This document shows, in pieces, positions 8,899-18,910 of a stretch of DNA of 20,000 bases; the stretch's first letter is position 1; the number at the start of each line of letters is the position of its first letter. Under the pieces are notes generated by a model. It had not been told where the DNA came from and made no database searches. It saw only the letters and a program-made list of their open reading frames with translations. This stretch comes from Limisphaerales bacterium. GTDB taxonomy: Bacteria; Verrucomicrobiota; Verrucomicrobiia; Limisphaerales; SIBE01. Location: the NCBI GenBank assembly GCA_044225505.1, contig JBGAIN010000025.1:51280-71279 (forward strand), in the 5' to 3' direction. The position numbers were made by a program, and so were the translations under genes.

Positions 8899-11159
8899 AT
8901 GAAGAATTACATCGATCACGGCGTCGGAAGCTTGGTTCTGCTGGCGCTGACGGCCATTCGCTGTTTTGCCCAATCCACTTACGAGCCTTACACCTTCACC
9001 ACTCTCGCCGGCGGGGGCGGCTACAGCACAAACGTCGCTGGAATTGCCGCGCGGATCAGTAATCCTGCGGGTGTGGCGGCGGACGCGGCCGGCAATGTGT
9101 ATGTGGCGGACACCTTCAATCAGGCGATTCGAAAAGTGACACCGGCCGGAGTCGTCACGACCTTGGCCGGGCTACCGGGGACTTCTGGCAGCGCCGACGG
9201 GACAGGCAGCGACGCACGATTTTATTATCCGGACAAGCTCGCGGTGGACAACGACGGAAACGTCTATGTGTCGGACAACGAGAACCACACGATCCGGAAA
9301 ATAACCCGGGACGGAGTTGTTACGACGCTGGCGGGGCGGGCGGGCGTTTCCGGCAGCGCAGATGGGACGAACAGCGCCGCAAGGTTTAATTACCCCGAAG
9401 GAGTGGCCGTGGACAGCGCCAATAATATCTACGTCGCGGATGCAAGCAATTCTACGATCCGAAAACTAACGCCAGTGGGAACGAACTGGGTGGTGACGAC
9501 GCTGGCCGGACTGGCCGGGAGTTTTGGCAGCGCGAACGGGACAAATAGGACGGCGCGGTTCAACTTTGCCCAAGGCTTGGCAATCGACAGCGCTGGGACC
9601 CTTTACGTTGCGGACACGGACAACCACACTGTCCGCAAAGTGACGCCGGTCGGAACCAATTGGGTGGTGACCACGCTGGCAGGGAATTCCTCCCAAAAGG
9701 ATCAACTTGGTAGGCCTGTCGGCGGCTATGCCGACGGGATGAATAGCTCCGCTCGATTTAGCGAACCAAAAGGGGTTGCGGTGGACAGCGTGGGCAATAT
9801 TTATGTGGCGGACGAAGGCAATCACGCGCTGCGGCAAATGGCCCTCGTAGGAACGAACTGGATGGTGACGACAATCGCCGGACTGGGGGGTAATCCTGGC
9901 AGCACGGATGGGACGAACAGCGCCGCGCGGTTTGATTTTCCCTATGGCGTGGCGGTGGACAACACAGGCAACGTCTACGTGGCTGACTTATATAATGATG
10001 CAATCCGGAAGTTGACGCCCGATGGCACGAACTGGGTGGTCGCCACGCTGGCCGGACTCGGAGGTGTTTCTGGCAGTACGGACGGCCCGGGTAATTCTGC
10101 GTTGTTTCGAGGTCCCGCCGGAGTTGCGGTGGATAGCGCTGGCGGTGTCTATGTGGCGGATCAAGTCAATCACGTGATCCGCAAACTAACGGCGGTGGGT
10201 GAAGTGACGACCGTGGCAGGATTGTCGGGCTATGCCGGCAGCGTGAACGGGACGAACAGCGACGCGCGGTTCAATAGTCCTTATGGCGTAGCAGTGGACA
10301 ACACGGGGAAATTCTATGTCGTGGAGCGAGGCAATGGCACGATTCGGAAAGCAACACCGGCAGGAACGAACTGGGTGGTAACAACATTGGCCTCGGGTGT
10401 TGGTGAACCCAAAGGACTGGCTGTGGACGGCTCGGGCAATGTCTATGTGACAGACTCAGGCAACCACACGATCGACAAAGTGACACCGGCTGGAGTTGTG
10501 ACGATCTTGGCCGGATCGGCGGGCAGCTATGGCAGCGCGAACGGNNNNNNNNNNNNNNNNNNNNNNNNNNNNNNNNNNNNNNNNNNNNCCGTGCGAGAGT
10601 AGTCACGACGATCGCCGGAATGGCCGGTAGTTCTGGTAGCGCGGACGGAATCGGGAACTCCGCGCGGTTTGATTATCCTTCTGGTATCGCGGTGGACAAC
10701 TCCGGCAACCTCTATGTTTCTGATACCTACAACAACACCATCCGCAAACTGAAGCTGGTCGGCACGAACTGGGTGGTGACGACCCTCGGCGGAATGCCCG
10801 GCTTTTACGGCACAGCGGACGGAACCGAGAGCACGGCGCGATTCAGCAATCCCAGCGGCTTGGCCGTGGACGGTGCGGGCAACCTTTACGTGGCGGACTA
10901 TTACTTCAACACCATCCGCAAGGGATACCCGCCGACGAGGCTCGTCAATGTTGGCCTCTTCGAGGGGGACTTTCGGTTCGGTTTCACGGGGCCACCTGGG
11001 CAAACCGTGATCGTGCAGGCATCGTCTGACTTGGTGAGTTGGTCGCCGATATTGACCAATTCCATTGGACCCGACCTCGTTTTCCGCCGACCGCTAGCGG
11101 ACGTCATCTCGAACGGCTTTTTCCGGGTCCGCGTCCCTTCGAGCCTATTTGAAAACTAG
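8899..11159 (+). CDS. Secreted NHL-repeat protein, paralog of the upstream gene; spans the assembly gap
   Basis: Signal peptide MKNYIDHGVGSLVLLALTAIRCFA|QS. There are nine NHL repeats before the gap and two after it, colinear with the paralog. ORFs 8899..10602 and 10620..11159 are best read as two parts of one gene. Confidence 0.85.
10545..10588. other. Scaffold gap (44 N)
   Basis: Run of N characters. Confidence 1.
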
Positions 11160-11289
11160 GAGGAGTGCTGTTTTCGCGGAAAAGGCGGTCTGGCTAGGCG
11201 CAAGGGAAGGAGCATCCCCGTCCCGACAGGTCGGGATAACCGAGCGAGCAACAACGCCGGACAGCCTTTTCCGCGAAAACCCTCCTCCT
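11141..11289. mobile_element. MITE-like palindromic element overlapping the NHL gene stop
   Basis: A perfect 17-bp inverted repeat pairs GTTTTCGCGGAAAAGGC (11170-11186) with GCCTTTTCCGCGAAAAC (11264-11280) and extends imperfectly inward. Outer arms are AGGAGGAG/CTCCTCCT and an inner hairpin is TCCCGA/TCGGGA. The left end GAGCCTATTTGAAAA resembles IS5-family terminal repeats (from recollection). Confidence 0.6.
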
Positions 11290-11314
11290 GCCGTTCCGAG
11301 CGTGTTTTGCCATG

Positions 11315-11389
11315 GTAGCAGCCGAGGTGAGGAGGCGGAAATGAATGCGCAAATCCGCGGGGAACTCCGCCTCATTACTTCGGCGGCTA
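11315..11389. repeat. GTAG-type REP doublet
   Basis: GTAGCAGCCGAGGTGAGGAGGCGGA (11315-11339) and TCCGCCTCATTACTTCGGCGGCTA (11366-11389) are inverted complements at 20/24. Confidence 0.75.
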
Positions 11390-11918
11390 GGGGATGTCGA
11401 GCTCCAAACAGGCAACGGGCCACCGCCGATCTGTGCCAATCCGGGTGGTTTCGATTTGGTGTGCGCCGTCCGTGATGATCGTGCGACCACAGCGTGGCGT
11501 GTCAGATGATAATGCCGCTGTTCTACAAAAAGATGTTCGCGATCGAGCCGACGCTTCGTCCGGGGGCGGAAGATCGATCGGGCTGCAGGCTCGGCAGAAT
11601 GGTCTGGCAGGAGTTCGTCCGTAAGTTCCGCTTGCAGGTTAGAGGAATGTGTTACTTCTTCTTTCGCTCCGACTGCTTGGACAGAGATTTGGTTGAGTTC
11701 CTGGAACTGCTGCTTTGCCTATGACGCGGATCGTTTTCCTCATCACTTTGGTGTTATTGTCGTAGTTCCCCTTGGTTAAGCCGAGGGGCTTTGTCCGGGG
11801 GCGTGGTCGCAGATAGAGCCGGTTGGCGAATTTGACCGTGCGGTTTTTGGCTCGCCAAATACGCATCTTCGGTTCATCCTTTCTTTGTCAGGCGATTCCA
11901 CTAGACACGCGGTAGTCC

Positions 11919-11933
11919 TGGCGGTGTGCTTGC
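11919..11933 (+). promoter_or_regulatory. Candidate sigma-54 promoter upstream of the FG-GAP gene
   Basis: TGGCGGTGTGCTTGC fits TGGC-N7-TTGC (GG-N10-GC spacing) and lies ~280 nt before the likely start. Confidence 0.35.
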
Positions 11934-12216
11934 CCTAACGCCTGAGAGTCGTTCACGGTTATCGCGTTTGGCGGTTTGATTTGAATCAATGCATAGCCGT
12001 CACTCCTTAGCGACAATGGGGTGAGTCCTGTATTGCCCTTGGAAGGTGGCGGTCGGCAGGGGGAATCCTGGGACGGGAAAGGTTGATTGGATGAAGAACG
12101 TGGATCGGCGGAGGCTTTGCAGCAACGGATACCTTCAGTGGCCTTTGACTGTAGTTGGACAGCGTTTGCACACTTCGATGTTTCTCCCAATTCTCGATCC
12201 AAATGGATCTTGGCTG

Positions 12217-15200
12217 ATGGTGACGTCGCACCTGATTAGGAGCTGTCTCTTCTATCTTTGCCTGGTTATGAACGTGGCTTCCTACGGCGCGGCCTTCTCG
12301 GATGTCCAAGTGGGATTGCCGAACCTGATGCTTCCGGGGGGTGCTTGGGGAGATTATGACAATGATGGAGACCTCGATTTGCTCCTGTATGGAAGCGATG
12401 GGTCAACGTTCCAACTCGATCTTTGGCGGAACGATCAAGGCGCATTCTCAAAAGTGACAGCGGGATTGCCTTCCGTGCCTGGCGTGTTGGCCACTTGGGG
12501 CGACTATGACAATGACGGCTATCTGGACTTGGCCTTGTTCGTTGGTAACTACGCGACCTACGAGTATTCGGTCCAAGTTTGGCGAGGCAACGGAACTGCC
12601 TTCAATCAGCAATACTCCACGCCGGCCATGACTCCGCCCGGAGGCTTGAAATGGATTGATCTTGATCGGGATGGCGACCTGGATCTGGTTTGGGCGGATT
12701 ATGGAGCGAGCGGCTTTACGGATGTTATCCACATCCTCCGCAACGAGGGAGGGAGTTTTACTCACTCTACTCCCGGATTTCACGCGTACGCGTTCGCATT
12801 CGGAGATTACAATGGAGATGGTTTCCCAGATTTGTTGGCGAGCTTTTATACTGGAAGCACCCCGTCTGTGGTCAAACTCCGGAGGCCTGTTTGCAGATTC
12901 AGGGATTAGCTTCACGGGAATAAATCCTGCATGTTACGATTGGATCGATTTTGATCAGGACGGAGACCTGGATTTACTGTTAGCGGGATATATCGGATCC
13001 GGAATAAATACCCAGTTCACAAGCCGGTTCTATCCAAATAACAACGGCAGCTTCACTCAACAGACCTGTCACCGCCGCCAGCGCAGGTAGACTGGCTTTT
13101 GTTGGGGCGATTACGACAACGATGGAGACATGGACATTGGATCGGTCAACATCGATGCCAGCAAACCGAATCCACACGTCGGGTTGCTGCGGAATGACCA
13201 CGGCGCTTACGGGGACTCACTTCTCTCGTTCGGCGCTGGACGTTCCAATTTTGGGGCTTGGGCTGATTACAACAATGACGGGCGACTGGACTTTTTCATC
13301 GGCAGTTATCTTGGAGTTGTTGGAGTCACGCATGTATGGCGCAATGACCTGGCACAACCAAACCACGTTCCATCCGCACCAGCGAGTCTCAGCGCTCAAG
13401 TCGCGAACACTGGAGTGACGCTCAGTTGGCAACCCTCGGTGGATATAGAAACGCCGACCTCCGTTTTGACTTACAATCTACGAGTCGGCACTGCGCCTGG
13501 ACTCGCTAATGTCGTGCATCCATCTGCGGATCTCGTGACGGGCTACCGGCGCCTCCCGCAGCCAGGAGCGCTGCATCAGCCGACGGCAAAGTTGGTCCTG
13601 CCAGCCGGGACCTACTATTGGAGTGTGCAAGCCATCGATAGCGTCATGGCAGGCGGGCTGTTTGCCGCAGAACAGACTTTCACGATCTCCGCGCCTGCTG
13701 CGGGAGTTCATGTTCACCTCCCGTCGTCGCTCCAGCCCACTTCCGTCGCACTCAATGGGGAAGCCAATGCGCGTGGAGTTTCCACAGCGGTTTGGTTTGA
13801 ATGGGGTGAAACGACCAGCTACGGGCAGACAACACCATCCCAAGGAATCAGTGGAGTCGGTTGGCAAGCGATTCAGCAGTCGATCAATGGTCTGCAGTTG
13901 GGGACGCTCTATCACTTCCGGATTGTGGCCAACAGCGCCGGCGGAACGGTCTACGGTCTGGATCAGACCTTCACGACGCCGCGCTTCGTCCTAGGTCCAA
14001 CGCTTCCGACGAGTTATCCTTATGGGGCGTTTGGAGATTATGACGCCGACAATCTGCTCGACTTGATCATTGGGGGACTGGTTTTGCACAACGCCGGAGG
14101 GAGCTTCACATCGGCTGGCAGCAGCCTTCCCAAAGTCAGTGCACTGGACTGGGGCGACTATGACGCGGATGGAGATCTGGACTTGGTCTTAAGTGGTAGT
14201 GATTCCGTCGCCGCAACCCAGATCTGGCGCCAAAACAGCGGCGTCTTCGCCAATACCTCGGTCAGCTTGCCGGGTTCGGATGGGTGGACGGCCGGTTGGT
14301 TGGACATCGATAATGATGGAGACTTGGATCTGATTATATCTGGCAACGTCTTCGATCGCGATAAATTCCAAATCTGGATCAATCGTGGTGGCACATTTTC
14401 GAAGGGACTGAACCATTTCCCTGCATTAAACAATCCCGTGGTCACGTGGGGAGATTATGACGGAGACGGCGACTTAGACTTATTGATGACCGGTTTCCAG
14501 TCGGAAGGTCCTGTGACTCGAATTGCCCGCAATGACCGTATCGTCTTTACGATGCTTGACGTCGGTTTGCCTGGTGTAAACCAGGGCGCGGGTGTCTGGG
14601 GAGACTATGATAATGATGGTGATCTTGATCTTGCCATTAAAGGGTTCACTCCCACCGGCCAGAGCAGCTTGGTGTGGCGTAATGACGGTGGTGTTTTCGT
14701 TCCTGTGATGGCAGCAACGATCGATGCACAGGATGCGAAATTGGCTTGGGGCGACTACGACAACGATGGGGACTTGGACCTGGCATTTGGCGCCATTTGG
14801 GGCGGCGGAACACCTTCGACGGCCCTGTATCGGAATGATAGTGGGACCTTCGTGGAAGTGGACAGCGGCATCTCTGGATACGGCCCACTTTCCTGGGGTG
14901 ACTATGACAACGATGGTGATCTGGACCTCATGATTGGAAACCAGATTTGGAAGAATGAAACGGCTGCGCATAATCATCCGCCCGGCGCTCCCACTGGCCT
15001 ATCGGCTATCGTGCAGTCCGATCGTGTCGTCTTGAGCTGGACCCGCGCGCTCGACGCCGAAACTCCAACTCTAGGATTGACCTACGATCTCCGCGCGGGC
15101 ACAGGTCCTGGGCTCGCCAATATTGCGTCCCCGAGTGCGAATCTGGCGACGGGCGTTCGTCGGGTCTGCAAACCAGGAGCCCAGGTCGGGGCGAGTGCTT

Positions 15201-17320
15201 GGCTCGATGTGCTCGGTTTACCCGTCGGCACTTACTACTGGAGTGTGCAAGCGATCGATGCTGCCTTTGCGGGAGGGCCGTTCGCTTCCGAAGCCAGTTT
15301 CACGATACCCGCGGGTGCTCCTGCGGTGAATACCGACCCGGCGCAACCGTCATCTCCATTCACCGCGACGCTGAACGGACAGGTGAATGGGAAGGGGTTG
15401 GTAACTCGCGTTTGGTTCGAGTATGGGGCGACGCCGACCTATGGACAACGGACGAGCGAACAAACGGCCGGGAACGGAGTGCCCGCGTCGTTCTCGGCTT
15501 CGATCGTTGCGCTGACGCCAGCGGCGACCTACCACTACCGCTCGGTCGCCAGCAATTCTATCGGTCTCGCCTACGGGCCGGATCGTTCCTTCACGATGCC
15601 TCAGTTCACGAAAGTTACCTCATCGCTCTGGGCGAACGTTCAGTCTGCGGCCTGGGCAGATTTTGATAACGATGGCGACTTAGACCTCGCGCTTGCTCCG
15701 TGGGGAGGCGGCGTCCAAGTGTTTCGGAATAACGGCGGAGTTTTGGCGCTCTTGCCGATTTCGTTGCCGACGTCGGGCAATGCCAACTTCACGTGGGGAG
15801 ATTACGATAATGACGGAGATCTGGACTTGCTTGTCACAAACGACGCTTACGGGCAAAAGACGACAAGGATTTGGAGGAATACAAACGGGACGTTCATAGA
15901 TGCAGGTGTCAGTTTCCCGGGGCTTTCGCGTTCGACTTGGGGCGACTTCAACAACGATGGCTTCCTCGATGTCCTGCTCTTTGGTTACTGGAGTAGTTTA
16001 AATGATTCAATGCAAGTCTGGATCAACGATCACGGTCAGTTTCATGTCGCTGCCAGTAACCTGCCCAATCGAGTCGAGGCAAATGTTTGCGTGATTGATT
16101 ATGATCTCGACGGGGACTTGGACATTATGATCCTGAATTACTATGGGGCAGGGATCGGACTTTGGAAGAACGAGGGGGGCCTCTTCACAGATTCTGGAAT
16201 TTCATTTCAAGTCTTGTCGGCGAGATCGTTCTGGGGAGACTACGATTCGGATGGCGACCTGGATCTTCTCCTGACGGGATATTCCCCCACTTACAGGAAC
16301 GTCCAGCAGCTTTGGCGCAATCAAGGTGGCGCATTTTCCATAGTCGAGATTCCTGTGCCACCGCAGACGGATCTCGCGTGGGGAGACTGTAACAACGATG
16401 GTCTGACCGACATTGTTGCGGGTGCTCCCTCTGTCAATACCGCTGCGCCTTACTTCTTGCTCAACCAGGGGAACGGGTTCTTTGTGGAACATGATCTCGG
16501 GTTGGAATACACGAGTAGCAGCGTCGCCTTTGCAGACTACGACGGCGATCACGACCTTGACGTCTTCGTGGACGGTGTTGTGTGGCGCAATGATGTGCCA
16601 GCAATCAACCAAGCGCCATCGGCTCCTTCCGCGCTCTCGGCCACAGTGGCGGGATCAAAGGTGACGTTTAGCTGGAGTTCCGCGACGGATTCTCAAACAC
16701 CCGCGGCTGGGCTTTCCTACAACCTGCGAGTGGGAACAAGCCCTGGTTCCGGAAATGTTCTGTCACCAGCAGCCGATCCGGTGACAGGTTGGAATCGTCT
16801 AGCGCGTCCGGGGAATGTCATCTCGGGCCTCAAGACGTTTCTGAATCTGCCGGTCGGAACGTATTACTGGAGTGTTCAAGCCATCGACAACGCGTTTATT
16901 GGCGGAGCCTGGGCCGCCGAGCGAGTGCTGGTCGTCTACCAGGACTCCGATGGAGACGGGATGGCGGATGACTGGGAGACCGCCCACGGACTGGATCCGC
17001 AATCTCCCGCCGACGGCGCGCTGGATAGTGACGGCGACGGACAATCCAATGCGGCGGAGTACCTGGCCGGGACGCCTCCGAACGATCCGAAGACCAAGCT
17101 GATGGTGAGCACGGTCGAAGCGACGGCTCAGCAAACCACGCTGACATTCGTTAGCGTTCTAGGGAAGGTTTATCAACTTGAGGAAAGCACGGTGTCGCCC
17201 GGCGGTCCATGGACAGCGATTCAATCCAACATCGCTGGAACAGGCGGCAATATCAGCAAAACCATCGCCGATCCAGCCAGCCAGACGAAGATCTTCTATC
17301 GCGTGGTTGTTATCCCGTAG
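12217..17320 (+). pseudogene. Large secreted FG-GAP/VCBS-repeat protein with FN3-like domains (~1700 aa if repaired); interrupted by a frameshift and an in-frame stop (real lesion or assembly error)
   Basis: Many WGDYDNDGDLDL repeats fall into three clusters, each followed by an FN3-like domain ending GTYYWSVQAID. DSDGDG motifs and a C-terminal FYRV domain follow. A signal-peptide-like N-terminus starts at ATG 12217. There is an extra C in the C4 run at 12860-12863 and a TAG at 13088-13090. The 3' part, 13130..17320, is intact (1396 aa). Confidence 0.8.
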
Positions 17321-17383
17321 AAACCGTTGAACGCGGCCGGGTCATGGCCACCGTTAGCCGGACTGCCCTGTCAAATCATCGGC

Positions 17384-18424
17384 TCAGTAGCTTGGCACGT
17401 TCATCCACGTCACCGCAGTGCCGCCACCTTTTCGGACGATGACGCCAGTTCCAGGCTTGAGGACTTCCTCATCTCCAACGTCAATACCAGGCGTGCCGTA
17501 TCGTTCCCAGTGCCCACTGTAATAGAAATAGGTCGCCGACGCCGATTTGTTCTTTCCGACCACCGAGTTGTCAAAGGTCAGCAACTCATCCAACCGGTTG
17601 AAACGGTTTGGACTCGATCGAAACGCCCCACTCGAGACTAGCCCGGAACCATTCAGGGTCGTGGAGACCGGTCTGGGTAACGCCACGCGGTTGTCCTGTT
17701 TATTGCTGGCGAGCGCATCGAGCGGAATTCGCCATTTACACAAAACGACACTCCCCCGAACGGTTAAGAGAGTCGATGGACCAGCATTGTGGCGAACGAT
17801 AAAGTAGGAGTCCGGTGACAACACGTCGTCGTTACTCACGGTATTCGGGCCATACAGTCGCCAGTTGCCACCCAAAAAGTAGTAAGTCTTGCCAGCGCTT
17901 AGATTGATGCCAGCACTGGTGGGATCGGGGACCAAGACTTCTGTCTTGCGAAGAAATTGCGAGGTCGAGGAATAGATTCCGTCGCCTCCAGGGAACACCG
18001 TGGCCAATGTCCAATACGGAACCACAGAGATGCGGTCTCCGTTAATCAACCCGGTTAACGTGTCTCCATTGAGATCGAGCGTGACGCTGTTCGCCCCGTT
18101 TCCGGTGATCGGAAAATAACTTCCCTCGCGCGCGCCTGAGACAACGAGAAGATAATGCGTGTTGGTCTGGAGGCTCGCCTGGTAAACGAACTGGTTCGCG
18201 CCCCACGCCGGAGAACCTTGCATATTGACGATACTGCCAGAAAACCCAGCCACCACACCGGACGCGGCTTCGGGGCGAACAAATGGCAGTGAGACGAATG
18301 TATCCGAGTCACCCAGCAGCGAAATTCGATAGACGCCGACAGGGGCTGTTGCGACGGTTGTCTGAGCCACCGCGCCAAGGGCGAAGCTCAGAAGGAGAGA
18401 AGAGAAGAGACAGATTTTTAACAT
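17384..18424 (-). CDS. TIGR02597-like secreted protein (Verrucomicrobial paralogous family)
   Basis: Signal peptide MLKICLFSSLLLSFALGAVA|QT, then motifs I recognise from this family: ATAPVG, SDTFVSLPFVRP, PAWGANQFVY, GDRISVVPYWTLATVFP. The start may alternatively be 18457. Confidence 0.8.
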   Translation of the reverse strand: MLKICLFSSLLLSFALGAVAQTTVATAPVGVYRISLLGDSDTFVSLPFVRPEAASGVVAGFSGSIVNMQGSPAWGANQFVYQASLQTNTHYLLVVSGAREGSYFPITGNGANSVTLDLNGDTLTGLINGDRISVVPYWTLATVFPGGDGIYSSTSQFLRKTEVLVPDPTSAGINLSAGKTYYFLGGNWRLYGPNTVSNDDVLSPDSYFIVRHNAGPSTLLTVRGSVVLCKWRIPLDALASNKQDNRVALPRPVSTTLNGSGLVSSGAFRSSPNRFNRLDELLTFDNSVVGKNKSASATYFYYSGHWERYGTPGIDVGDEEVLKPGTGVIVRKGGGTAVTWMNVPSY

Positions 18425-18910
18425 AAACCGATATAAGGGCCTCAACGACGCGGGCATACCAAATCCATCCGAAGCAGTACAGGAATGCGCGACCGATTCG
18501 GAAAGAAGGCGCGGCGTGCATTGGCGAGCAGCGGTTGGCTTCTCGGACAATTGCCAACACGCGCCAAGATCGGGTAGTATCCCCCGCTTTATACCTGGCC
18601 TGTATATGAGGTGCGCTCGCATTCACGGTTGTTCTCCGTGAGAAAGGCACTGCCTTATTTCTTACCGGAACTGCCGCCGACGTGAAAGGAAAAAACGCTG
18701 ACCTGGACCGATTCGCGTATGGGGTGTCGCTTGCTTGGCGCCAGAGCAATTGCATGAACTCAGCATTTTTCTGCGCGGGTGCCAGGGCATTCGTAAAGCT
18801 CGCCCGGCAGGTTCAAACCAGCCTGCCTCAATGAATGGATTACGCCGGAAATAAAATCCTGCTGCTTGCCTTATGATTTTGACATTTGTGGACTCTCGCG
18901 GATATCCTGG

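Noticed and set aside
6477..11159. Diversity-generating retroelement template/variable repeat pair, or CRISPR array, in the repeated DNA
   Set aside because: No reverse transcriptase or cas gene is present. Differences are not adenine-specific, and the repeats are in-frame protein repeats.
13088..13090. Programmed amber readthrough (pyrrolysine or recoded TAG)
   Set aside because: TAG serves as a normal stop at 11159 and 17320, a separate frameshift lies nearby, and the flanking codons look scrambled.
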